Virus record (IMG/VR): IMGVR_UViG_3300009085_000057 | Span: 1-35,151 of that record | Length of the DNA stretch: 35,151 nucleotides | Strand: one strand, 5' to 3' | Source of the DNA: a virus | Taxonomy: Duplodnaviria > Caudoviricetes | Shown here: positions 31,101-35,151 of the stretch, piece by piece | Layout of the letters: every line of letters starts with the position of its first letter | How positions within the stretch are numbered: the first letter of the stretch is position 1 | Translations under genes and position numbers: made by a program | Notes under the pieces: generated by a model | The model's input: the letters and a program-made list of their open reading frames with translations, nothing else | Told to the model about the DNA's origin: nothing | Database searches by the model: none

Positions 31101-33066
31101 GATCGGAAAGCCCCTCAAGGAGCCCGTCCGCGGGAGGACCAGGCGCAACGTGACGATGGGGGTCGGGAAGCTCGTCGAGGAGCTCAAGGCCTACGACCGG
31201 ATGATGGAGGCCGCGCCCACGCGGGAGGTCGAGGAGATCCGCAACATCCTCCGCGCGGCCCTGGACAAGGCCGAGGCGGCCTCCCATAATATGCCCGGGG
31301 ACTTCGTGCAGCTCCCGAACTCGAAGGGATACGGCGCCCTGGCCGGCGCCTACGTCAAGAAGCCGATCGCCGACGACCTGATGCCGATCCTCGACGTCGC
31401 GACGGACCGCGGGAAGCTCTTCAACGCGGCGCTGGAGATCGAGCGGCAGGGGATGGCGGTCTTCAAGATGGGGAAGGTCGCCCTGAACCTGCCGACGGCG
31501 GTGCGGAACGTCGTCTCGAACATCATCCAGAACAACATGCGCGGCCGGCCGCTCTCGAAGATCCCCGGCGACATCATCCGCGCCTGCGAGGAGCTGAAGG
31601 CCAAGGGCACGCACTATGAGGAGGCCTTCGGGATGGGCCTCTTCCACACCAACTGGTTCGTCTCGGAGATCAACGACGTCCTGGACGAGTTCAAGAAGGT
31701 GAAGGGCGGGCGGATCGACCAGATCCTGATCGCGCTGAAGAACGTCGCCAAATACTACGGGAAGATCGACGACATCAATAAGCTGGCGATCTTCATCGAG
31801 CAGAGGAAGGCCGGCAAGACCGTCGACGAGGCGGCCCTGGAGGCGATGAAATGGGGGATGGACTACTCCCTGACCTCCCGCTCGATCAAGGGGCTGCGGC
31901 AGACGATCATGCCCTTTGCGACCTACCAATACAAGATCGCGCCGCTGATCGCCGAATCGCTCCGGAAGCGGCCCTGGGTCCTGGCGAAGTACGGGCTCCT
32001 CTTCACGGCGGCGAAGGCCGCGGCGATGGCGCTCCACGACCTGGACGACGACGACTGGGACGAGCTGGAGCGGCAGCTCCCCGCCTACATCAAGAAGGCG
32101 GGGTCGATGATGATCCTCCCCTGGCAGACGGACAAGGGGCAATGGCAATGGGTGAACCTCGAATACTTCTTCCCCTGGGGGAACTACATGGCGATCTTCC
32201 GCGACATGAGGCAGGCGGACCTGGGGGAGACGATCCGCGACGCGGGGATCTCGAACCCCTTCCTCTCGATGTTCGTCACCGGGATCACCGCGCGGGAGGA
32301 CCAGCCGCCGCTCCACGCCTACTTCGGGACGCCGATCTACAACGACCTGGATCCGGGATGGATGAAGGCGGCGAAGGTCGTCGAATACATGGCGAACACC
32401 TGGATGCCCTCGATGCTCACCCGCCAGGGTGCGATCGGGTACACGGGCCGCGCGATCGCCGGCGGGGAGGACCGCTGGGGCCGCGAGGTCACGGGCGCCC
32501 AGGCCCTCGGCCGCTGGTTCGGGGCGAACATCGTCTCCGTCTCCCCGGATCAGACCCGGGCCCAGGCCTCCGTCCGGATCCAGGAGAAGCGGAAGGAGCT
32601 CTCCCGGATCGAGGCGAACCCCTCCTACGACGAAAAGGAGAAGGCGGCATACCGGCAGCGGTTCAACGAGGAGCTGGCCGAGGTCGCCAAGGAGGCGCCG
32701 GCGGCGGTGCTGCCGATCACGAAGGCCAAAGGGCCGGACCCGGTCTATGAGGCGCTCCGCGGGATGGCCGCGGCGGGCTCTCTCCATACCGGGCCGCCGT
32801 CGCGGTCGGTCGAGATCGCCGGGGTGCCGCTTAAAATGACCCCCGCGCAGTACGGCCGCTACCTGGAGGCCTCCAGCGAGACGGCCCGGCGGAAGCTCCT
32901 CCCCCTGGTGGGGGCCGAGGCCTGGGCGCGGATGAGCGATCAGCGGAAGGGCGAGACGGTCGCGAAGATTGTCGCCGCGGCCCGGAAGGCCGCCCGGCAG
33001 AGGATCAAGGCGGAGGTCGCCCGGGAGAACCGGGAGAAGATCCTGGAGGCAAGGAGGGCGAGATAG
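16111..33066 (+). CDS. Giant (5651 aa) polyvalent ejection protein with a DarB-like N6-methyltransferase and SNF2 helicase, ART-PolyVal-like, LPD23 and zincin-like domains
   Basis: RBS GGAGG; uninterrupted ORF with strong GC3 bias. Motifs: ILEPGMGSGHF and GNPPF (MTase); AHAVGSGKT, DEAH, SGT, QPDGRIVRQGN (SF2/SNF2); FKKWFGASKVVD..GKPLVVYHGT (ART-PolyVal); TGW...WKFEIDDS (LPD23); HEFYH and HEVQH. Confidence 0.92.
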   Translation: MAEMLNLWESDPPKIGSPGKGGMNLWENEPGEEPKRKTRKAEEQKPEELRGFFGETVSALGAGVIQTMEGIAATAEMIGVPGGETARKEWQRIGQSDALRRPDYLAEGDVLSDPGRLADWRWWVRSLGENTPNLVAMYIPGVAAARAAQGAAWGARAITLFGQRLTAARIAGLGGAYAGSFTLEAGGAYGSAKDEMTREGILDADTIERIATLEGLTAGATNAVIELLPFDNLILKQAGADRLVKRLIRQGFVEGATEGVQEAVNIAVEKLGHKPDQAWSDNIGRILESAIIGGALGAGAGGTIGTAVHRGNIKRYETLGEKLGLTDLVVSYKDQGVADKEIAAEVEKRVEELRGFSRIDPADEKKAAVSYALGGNETKETAKDNLIPEIAAEEMTSYLLYATGRYEAPPDLFDRITGTGKQALSLFGIGRKKAGKAAAAPAGEKTETGTGKVSSPAPIVEPGSSSKAGPEIQAGKEPAAGGMPRSEFEAREIAERDSGGAESGPLIPGPVSGKDTATAAPAAEAEAKRKKDENRKKGETLFDLALNDVSRENQERLEAARLQDEEKKRLEEARLAGEAEAQSARAVAGAANEARDLTAALAGEDPKKQAIVAEVLGMSERVVAGAVRTELGIDVQPAGQDRYEILTDKGPQPVTIPGLRKLLAEKRIGDVAAAEAAHARDVEAAQTRTAEQKAKKEKETEAWALANARETLRMGRTLSRAQLDTLQAARGKLEAREIELLDKGPAVAEAAVPQSLQALGVRPKPAAVEEEKAGEEDRTVEDHEDRARGYLHDLLMDSIEAASESKTGWVETEEGGQRVAAGGWISAVVKTFGRVSSSPLRDDQGQPRTLNLSKAYLARVIDKARAGEELTEDQAAVYEEILGEAKDEAGRAYRLAEEEAEALADFEPETFEKPGEKKETEEAEEEGEGDWQAWSDRQRRESDEKIREGIAAGHDINKNGVYQNREDIEIPFTKSAKTSARIHIATGPDGKFRSAHNFNTSYGSHSGGGSYPSIFGEAYDTRAEAIQAEIARLKHILARSDEPQAKTGLRDLQQFAEKQGLSALEEKPKAPPSQAVALAAGQKPAEKPAEEEKKTKDKHNPAYWDDVEIVSLDGPNLLFNPEPEAIKEYTVHVNDETIMFDGDRTSDENRAEAKKFYQALRKRLPEEETKPEAPPEEKAEKEEGLLELKGKWAQYAIERVDKEGNEIVGPAMGQLYSSRTVYEYVGEGNVPVADLKQLEAHGFQWRSGKEWVGPVKLYSLPERAAANLEKKAEEKPAEAAPAAAKKTGEALSDEEFASLFNEAAEEVEAEKKAAPKEPWQMTRDEYLKSLGMDDRFTPPQPKKEGARLVRLSADNVITTGEHGQAVFNAIQEGKPVPAEVRAEYPEFEKIPEKPAASQGVTTAIGKPAEKAKEPEPYRTLPAAQFSAPALAAAKVLTDQPQTVQEIAKKAALDQSAEKALQELTQAGVAAWHLATKRYSQGSTRIEPAAAQGVTTAIGKPAEKAKAAPEAELPPLNLSFTKQTGGIWKGGYQATVTEGPHKGVVGFAHTKEGAQREVEKSVRERVAAGIVNLPKEEKPAAASPAEKPAAAQGVAAAIGKPAEKAKEAPAAGLTLAMLNHALSVARGGTLNGIAEAINSFNRGDIEGARLLAAKAQAGTATDLGFGDAIRKPGPPAAPEKPAAAAKPAEELPDLTVSGQSKPVPGRPGASYVVHKRQPDLIPDTFRVLVNRTEGGILSVDGTGMDAAAAYKNALANYDRKMAEWEKNKPKPKKVEGAEFQEGSRVVITSGRGEGRHGAISNVSSYTMRALFMGTGKDTSERHFSYTMRSDAGTEYVVSSGNLAREEGTAPAVVPDVEIEGRFYEPDHAHARIRYAKEAARKHDAAAQRARKPANIQEERRLAQENRGEAAKLQGIFDAWAAKYPKEAEAAIIADEGPSAAKPAAASQGVAIATGQRPAAMQPGGAPTMAGAAKSLADLGLTVSQGKTNTGKTVWNVSGNTRAHSEQIKRAGGRWYGPKKVWSFYNGDPTAALQEALGIQAGAAPAAPAAETKTEAPARAPEDYAPSTFQPIVREIAAEQGRSNTVEIDGAVMSIYEAAERLADRQDTLRGRLPEKYRSRIPAAPSLGKAASEVAEGVASSFDAIAEILKKAGKGPISMMGGGVFDEELYAAIKPHLQATYDHFRAAAIEVKEWMKEVVRQFTARGFAPDALMPYLQRFYREVAQKDLTKPETGITLESQEGGDRYGTAAGTARSGEGTAENDRTGAQGPGAALLGGVEGGREAGGVPEGSRTGDDGKLRPGGIGAPHEGTRPAGPEGLHGEGAAVDNGGEPGVGGDTRDLAGVQRPAKPRDHRIASPGDLTRPGSWLVTAKNNLDIIDLVKQIERENRPATPAEQRFIARYTGFGASEMRNKLFEGYARTGELQPEWVDEAWKPLVERMVELLTPEEIRTMARSTQYAHYTSGPVVQGIYRALERLGFPGGRILEPGMGSGHFWGLMPEAMRGGSRYTGVEMDHLTASIAKVLYPEQNILEADYSKQAFPNNFFDAAVGNPPFARTVILADPDYKRLRLSLHNYFFVKSLDKIRPGGILAFVTSHYTMDAEETRAREQMAERADLVGAIRLPDTAFKANAGTEVVTDILFFRKRAAGEEPAGEKWINRARIQIPEAAGKPSGVEDINEYFAAHPEMVLGTHSLEGKMYRELSYTVKSSGDLEAQLAEAAGRLPENVYSTAQLPAAEQQELVVERDFNPANRKEGGLYIAQDGKLMRTDRGSGVPFRSLYPDFVAREIEWLKDYCRLRDTLKQAQYDQLKDGPWEDSLQALREVYDRFVFAHGKIRDFALREKKETDEDGNETVVATRIYRRDKLLRRDVEAPLVTALEEITEDGTILPGPFLRGRTIRPPAKPEIRGAADALAVTLDEAGKLDLDRVAEAAGLSREEAIAQLGDLIYEVPGAGHALADEYLSGDVVKKLEEAQAAAAADPKYRRNVEALLKVQPQPLAARDVTVALGGNWIPLEHYDDFAEEVLGLDGIEVGYRASDNNWTVEIGSATTRRRGRTIRRTSGRQSLRGSASEWGTGDRGANELLDSALNSRVVRITHRQRDGSTIVDTAASQACNDIIKRMKERFSTWVWEEAARASELLNIYNRKFNNLAGRLFDGSHMTLPGLSLLYKLHDHQKRAIWRIVQTGNAYLAHAVGSGKTLEMICAGMEMKRLGLIQKPLYIVPNHMLQQFSSDFQAAYPLAHVMIADEQNFGKENRRNFVAQATLNKPDAIVLTHSAFGLLKVTEATVAPVRDDLIAQLRATLEELRESNVSRARIQRIEQRIEQVEQRFAALTYSGNRDDVVNFEEMGVDYLFVDEAHMFRKLDFDTNRQVKGIDPAGSNRGMDLYIKTRWLEAQKPGRSHSFASGTPITNTIAELYTLMRFFIEPDLQREDLGHFDAWANLYAVNRVTPEMNAAGRYEMVERFSEFINIPEMMSRVRTFMDILTASQLAGVVDLPTIRGGKAEIVVTQASEGLKDYQRHLEARIRQSRDWRPSPGQKGNPDPLINIITDGRLASIDLRYVRPGTPNDPRSKLNSFLDGVIESWKEAREIEYTDSATGKVDPVKGGSIVVFYNHGFGANVAETRDFDARGWAMQRFREAGIPANEVGWIDDADNAEKKADLFKAVRQGHKRILIGSAKKMGTGMNVQRRLIALHYLDPPWYPADVEQPDGRIVRQGNLNTSMNREVVLKRYATKGSYDATMWQMVARKSRFTEQAMLGDPSIRKLADLSEASQYEMAAAVASGDERVIRLANLRADRERLQNLQWSHVQEQTRIHGILSEREAAAAYKAKRLKLLAEADKKSPGYIRQIDGQVGEARFDERDEFGRALIEAYNRTAPAEKLVTHAKEVEWTKIAEMDGFDLLRKNASVYNALVLRLAPGLDIELETQNTLDPEKTSPLGLTTRIVNQINGISTDIRSLEDGLEEDKKEVAQARKRIGAPFAYERELAEKIAEIAQLEQELVEEGRAAEAAARAGHAGHVAPTTLNTNPVDQDLAALHPADGGPEAPEGGTPGEQYALGDVTETPAFKKWFGASKVVDAEGKPLVVYHGTHNTFDAFDMEASGDIEIGQYFTNRESVAEDYGVNVMPVYLSIRNPYETTSRIWFETFNEDARDIQKRGFDGIVVRGPLHSSSKNEVTYIPFSPSQVKSVNNRGTFDAADARIQYAVGEKESLEGEEVAELVRELTRTVGGISAETRGGEIYLKTQGGQVCRIKGVTRLAANRIQLDIGYSQAAMEKQTPYAVFHPATEERSAEIHLVRGAAGAWTINHEFYHWLEDLGVVTNRDKNLLNRKIESLIRKDPKTYGRLRGLSPAERRADWTGRQLAGMYDATTETGKILARIRGLIDRILNALGIRTAGGVVRDIQSGKIVNRPGIPGTRRAAAASYAMAGKNAIGQQKLDVAEQMEAEGISRDRIWGETGWWKLGEEWKFEIDDSEAFIRIPAGEWNKKLMDTPAYTLPGILQHPTLYQAYPKLKGIKVHSSGYPSMLGGIGSKAFYDDKNKEIHVLGPAAARGGYKPVRKTELKSVLFHEVQHVIQDMEDFARGGDVKEFTILDPDAISSRHHRLFTAALRFKEKGNPEEVRQELLAVGYEASEIEEAESVSKNTDAETLKKINKERDDILERAADPYKSYRLLAGEAESRLVQKRLEMMPEDRKWEPPWITLENMLREEGILREGQNIEDALIRLPRKEKSEQYALGPEGGEAAGSVRAEKLSPGESLRRTAEELTGAAGQAAGRAGSRALGLLGARVSPETKDALGVLARHWKEFWRPFSTVKDGEKILAKRYEAMGNVARAVRFIEEIHQKLDAYPPEVKKDMFWYLNGDIPLEILPVDARETAEMIRRRFETIGEMLVDRGLLAQGQFDKYRGRYIHYLYARHVLGDKFSDAFLTSTGKLNLSYAKSRKDLTLQQRKELGLIEDASVAVPVGMGKALTDLAKADYLETIAENADWVWQPSLVKVPIGKPLKEPVRGRTRRNVTMGVGKLVEELKAYDRMMEAAPTREVEEIRNILRAALDKAEAASHNMPGDFVQLPNSKGYGALAGAYVKKPIADDLMPILDVATDRGKLFNAALEIERQGMAVFKMGKVALNLPTAVRNVVSNIIQNNMRGRPLSKIPGDIIRACEELKAKGTHYEEAFGMGLFHTNWFVSEINDVLDEFKKVKGGRIDQILIALKNVAKYYGKIDDINKLAIFIEQRKAGKTVDEAALEAMKWGMDYSLTSRSIKGLRQTIMPFATYQYKIAPLIAESLRKRPWVLAKYGLLFTAAKAAAMALHDLDDDDWDELERQLPAYIKKAGSMMILPWQTDKGQWQWVNLEYFFPWGNYMAIFRDMRQADLGETIRDAGISNPFLSMFVTGITAREDQPPLHAYFGTPIYNDLDPGWMKAAKVVEYMANTWMPSMLTRQGAIGYTGRAIAGGEDRWGREVTGAQALGRWFGANIVSVSPDQTRAQASVRIQEKRKELSRIEANPSYDEKEKAAYRQRFNEELAEVAKEAPAAVLPITKAKGPDPVYEALRGMAAAGSLHTGPPSRSVEIAGVPLKMTPAQYGRYLEASSETARRKLLPLVGAEAWARMSDQRKGETVAKIVAAARKAARQRIKAEVARENREKILEARRAR
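20302..20926 (+). repeat. Three 46-bp in-frame linker repeats (20302-20347, 20581-20626, 20881-20926) encoding QGV(TT/AA)AIGKPAEKAK
   Basis: Copies 1 and 2 differ at 1 base, copies 2 and 3 at 4; degenerate copies near 19321-19380 and 21925-21984; the sequences between copies are unrelated. Confidence 0.9.
22786..22814 (+). promoter_or_regulatory. Sigma70-type promoter inside the giant gene
   Basis: TTGACA (22786-22791), 17-bp spacer, TACCTT (22809-22814); A-rich stretch upstream; AAGGAGG at 22826-22832. Confidence 0.7.
22841..23188 (+). CDS. Nested +1-frame gene, 115 aa, TnpV-like helical protein
   Basis: AAGGAGG 8 nt before the ATG and its own promoter; GC3 bias moves into this frame while the host frame uses atypical A/T-ending codons; LKDQAPLSWEELKAAGKLAEFL...YMERVQQL...RAWEE resembles the TnpV pattern. 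Confidence 0.8.
   Translation: MAPLLAQPDRVKERQKMIEQALKDQAPLSWEELKAAGKLAEFLKDHEQAMMESYDQAESELHTRVLGPQGPKDYMERVQQLIMGESRAWEETLATWLEFSDPQSPETTGLQAQAT
23160..28120 (+). other. DarB-like N6-adenine methyltransferase plus SNF2 helicase module of the giant protein (approximate limits)
   Basis: Motif I at 23554, GNPPF 23752-23766, Walker A about 25672-25701, DEAH 26170-26181, motif VI 27223-27258; same domain order as phage P1 DarB. Confidence 0.88.
28264..30318 (+). repeat. YA junction motifs: identical 18-mer GAGCAGTACGCCCTGGGG at 28264-28281 and 30301-30318, partial copies at 28711-28719 and 29377-29382
   Basis: Encodes EQYALG, IQYAVG, ASYAMA, EQYALG; each falls at a domain boundary. Confidence 0.8.
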
Positions 33067-33192
33067 ATGTGGATCATCGACAGCAAGGGGAAGTTCTGGG
33101 TATTCATCGCGGCATGGGCCGCGGCCACGGTTCTCTGGCTGGCCGGTTCCTGGGCGGCGATCGAGGCGTACATGCGCCGGCGGAAGGAATGA
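33067..33192 (+). CDS. 41-aa Trp-rich single-pass membrane peptide (MWIIDSKGKFWVFIAAWAAATVLWLAGSWAAIEAYMRRRKE)
   Basis: ATG immediately after the giant gene TAG; AAGGAGG at 33051-33057; one hydrophobic helix and a basic tail. Below the ORF-track cutoff. Confidence 0.65.
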   Translation: MWIIDSKGKFWVFIAAWAAATVLWLAGSWAAIEAYMRRRKE

Positions 33193-33193
33193 A

Positions 33194-33243
33194 AAAAAAG
33201 TCGAAACTTTTTTCTTGACATTCCCGCTTTTTGGCCGGAAAAT
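33194..33243 (+). promoter_or_regulatory. Putative sigma70 promoter with an upstream AT-rich palindrome
   Basis: AAAAAAGT-CGAA-ACTTTTTT (33194-33213), TTGACA (33215-33220), 17-bp spacer, GAAAAT (33238-33243; imperfect -10). Confidence 0.5.
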
Positions 33244-33265
33244 CGTATCCGACCAGGAGGGGACC

Positions 33266-33457
33266 ATGGACCGGATCTGGCAGAAGACGAAGCAGCAGGC
33301 CAAGAGGATCGACATCTTCATCATGACCTCCGAGCTCGTCGTCCTGATCGTGGCCCTGGGTGTCCTCTATGCCGCCGCGGTCGAACAGAGCTGGGCGGTT
33401 GCGGCGATCGGCCTGTGGTTCCTGGGATTCGCAGCCTGGCACTTTTACAGTTATTGA
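33266..33457 (+). CDS. 63-aa membrane protein with two predicted TM helices
   Basis: AGGAGG at 33255-33260, ATG 33266; basic N-terminus followed by two hydrophobic segments. Confidence 0.75.
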   Translation: MDRIWQKTKQQAKRIDIFIMTSELVVLIVALGVLYAAAVEQSWAVAAIGLWFLGFAAWHFYSY

Positions 33458-33472
33458 GGGAGGAACAAAAAC

Positions 33473-33534
33473 GGGCAGAAGCAAACCGGTAGCCAGCCAG
33501 CCATAAAGCCAGCCAGCCAAGGTTTGCCCTGCCT
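33473..33534. repeat. Inverted repeat enclosing two AGCCAGCCAGCCA direct repeats
   Basis: GCAAACC (33481-33487) / GGTTTGC (33521-33527), extended by GGGCAG / CTGCCT; 13-mers at 33491-33503 and 33507-33519. Confidence 0.85.
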
Positions 33535-33585
33535 GCGTAAAAAAACTGAATAGTTCGGGGGCTGATCCCCCCCGGCACCGAAGAC

Positions 33586-33635
33586 AAATAGAGGCCCGGT
33601 CGGCGCGCTTTGCGAAGACCGGGCTTTTTCTATTT
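33586..33635 (+). terminator. Intrinsic terminator-like hairpin
   Basis: GGCCCGGTC (33593-33601) / GACCGGGCT (33617-33625) followed by TTTTCTATTT; the stem can extend via AAATAGA / TCTATTT. Confidence 0.7.
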
Positions 33636-33671
33636 GACGCAACCCGACCCACGAACCATTGGAGGTGCAAA

Positions 33672-33932
33672 ATGGCAGATTACATCAACGCACAAACCAT
33701 CGCCTTTCCCTTCGGCCATTCCGACATGAAGATGCAGGTCGCCTACAACGCGGCCGGCGACGTGGAATACATCGGCCGCGCCCGCCCGGGCGCCCTGGAT
33801 TCCGCGGCGGAGTGGCAGCTTGCCAAAATCACCTACAACGCGGCCCGCCAGGTGACGCTGGTCGGCCTCGCGAGCGGGACCAACGCCTACACGAAGGTGT
33901 GGAACGACCGCGCCACCTATACCTACGCCTAA
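33672..33932 (+). CDS. Small phage protein, 86 aa, probably tail-fibre associated
   Basis: RBS GGAGG; YIGRARPG...WQLAKITY...WNDRATYTY pattern recalled from small phage proteins upstream of fibre genes. Confidence 0.75.
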   Translation: MADYINAQTIAFPFGHSDMKMQVAYNAAGDVEYIGRARPGALDSAAEWQLAKITYNAARQVTLVGLASGTNAYTKVWNDRATYTYA

Positions 33933-33944
33933 AGGAGGCCGAAC

Positions 33945-35151
33945 ATGGGACAGTCGGTAAAGATCAACCCCTTCACGGGGATGCCGGAGCTCGGGGAGCC
34001 CACCTACGGCCTGAGCGTCCGCGGACTCACCAACAGCACGATGACCCCCTCGACGACCGAGATCGTCTGCTCCGACCTGGCCGGATACGGGGACGACTAC
34101 TTCAACGGCTACTTCCTCCAGATCCTCCTCGGGAACCATGAGCTCCTGACGATCGACGGGGCGCCGGCGCCGGCGGACTTCGCGGCCGGGGCGACCCTCG
34201 AAGGGGCGACATCCGGGGAGACCTGCGAGGTCGTCGCGAAGCTGACCTCGACGACCTACATCGTCAAGGAGCGCAGCGGGGCGTTCGACGACGGGGAGAT
34301 CATCTCCGACGGGACGAACTCGGTCGACTGCGGGGCGGGGTATCCGACCTTCGCGGCCGCGGCGGCGCCGGAGAAGCAGATCCGGGCCGTCACCGACTAC
34401 GTCTCCGCGACGGGGACCTTCACGACCGGGGCCTTCGGCCAGGTCGTCGAACCCCTCTCCGAGGTCCTCCTGGTCCACGACGCCCTGATGGCGGTCGGGA
34501 CGAACGACGCGGACAATGTCTTCGACTCCACGCTGGTCGTCAAAAACCGGGACGGATCCATCCTGGAGCGGACCGAATGGATCATCGACGCCCTCGGCGG
34601 CGGCCTGGACTTCCGGACGGAGCTCTCGATCGGAGGCCCGGTCGAGGAGAACGCCTTCCAGATGTTCAACATCTCGCTCTTCGACGTGGACGCGGGCGCG
34701 ATCGCCTCCGCGAAAATCGACATCACCGGGATCTCCGCGACCCTGGAGAAGAGCACGGGCGGCGCGGACTTCTCCGCCGTCGGGGTCACGCAGCCGACCT
34801 TCGCCAAGGGCGACGGCCGGGTTTACTGCTCGATCCAGTTCCTCACGGCCGAGTGGGAGGTCGGGGACCTCTACCGGCTGACCGTCTCCGGGATCGAGGC
34901 GGAAGTGGACGGGGACACGGTCTATGCGCCGATCGCGGTCTGGTCGAACGTGGTCCTGGAGGCGGCCTCGCTGGACGCCCAGGTTGCCGCGATCCAGACG
35001 GACATCGGGGACCCGTCCGCCCGGACGAACCTCCAGAGCATCGAGGCCATGCTCGGGAACCCCGACGGGGCCGGGAAATCCCTCTACCTCAACCTGGGCG
35101 ACTTCGTCGGCCAGACAAACCTCCAGAGCCTCCTTGCGGCCCTGGGGGTCC
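33945..35151 (+). CDS. Putative tail fibre/spike protein, N-terminal 402 codons, runs off the window
   Basis: AAAGGAGG then ATG 33945; MGQSVKINPFTG start, DDYFNG...QIRAVTDYVSATGTFT motif; strong GC3 and no stop seen. Absent from the ORF track because it lacks a stop. Confidence 0.75.
   Translation, partial: MGQSVKINPFTGMPELGEPTYGLSVRGLTNSTMTPSTTEIVCSDLAGYGDDYFNGYFLQILLGNHELLTIDGAPAPADFAAGATLEGATSGETCEVVAKLTSTTYIVKERSGAFDDGEIISDGTNSVDCGAGYPTFAAAAAPEKQIRAVTDYVSATGTFTTGAFGQVVEPLSEVLLVHDALMAVGTNDADNVFDSTLVVKNRDGSILERTEWIIDALGGGLDFRTELSIGGPVEENAFQMFNISLFDVDAGAIASAKIDITGISATLEKSTGGADFSAVGVTQPTFAKGDGRVYCSIQFLTAEWEVGDLYRLTVSGIEAEVDGDTVYAPIAVWSNVVLEAASLDAQVAAIQTDIGDPSARTNLQSIEAMLGNPDGAGKSLYLNLGDFVGQTNLQSLLAALGV

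Larger units (their letters stand above)
1..35151 (+). mobile_element. Tailed phage or prophage structural/ejection module (podovirus-like), partial
   Basis: Tightly packed co-directional genes with RBSs; adaptor/ring-like paralogs, nozzle-like protein, Ala/Gly-rich ejection-like proteins, DarB-like giant protein and fibre-like genes; no host housekeeping genes. Free phage versus prophage cannot be decided here. Confidence 0.9.

Noticed and set aside
32969-33265. 162-aa extended version of the 33266..33457 ORF
   Set aside because: The extension overlaps the giant gene, the 41-aa peptide and a promoter; the RBS supports ATG 33266.
23710-33324. Very long minus-strand ORFs (823, 1259 and 1067 aa) and many Arg/Pro/Gly-rich alternative-frame ORFs across the window
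   Set aside because: Shadow ORFs expected opposite high-GC3 genes; no convincing RBS, codon bias or motifs, unlike 22841..23188.
1-35151. tRNA/rRNA genes, integrase/att sites, stop-codon reassignment
   Set aside because: None recognised. TAA, TAG and TGA all end genes that are followed closely by a new RBS and start, consistent with the standard bacterial code.

Overview
High-GC, all plus-strand virion-morphogenesis region of a podovirus-like tailed phage or prophage. No capsid, portal, terminase or integrase gene is recognisable inside the window. Gene order: small head-associated and structural genes (67-3707); four paralogous adaptor/ring-type tail proteins with a lower-GC fibre-like block between them (3709-9374); a 1190-aa nozzle-like protein with a LamG insert; three probable ejection (internal virion) proteins; a 5651-aa polyvalent protein; two small membrane peptides; a structured intergenic region; and the start of a tail-fibre operon. 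The giant protein carries a DarB-like N6-methyltransferase plus SNF2 helicase, an ART-PolyVal-like domain, LPD23 and two HExxH peptidase-like modules. The most striking observation is a 115-aa TnpV-like gene overprinted in the +1 frame inside the giant gene (22841-23188), with its own sigma70-type promoter and RBS, ending where the methyltransferase begins. The giant gene also holds two sets of domain cassettes bounded by repeated junction motifs. All family assignments come from recognising motifs by eye, not from database searches.
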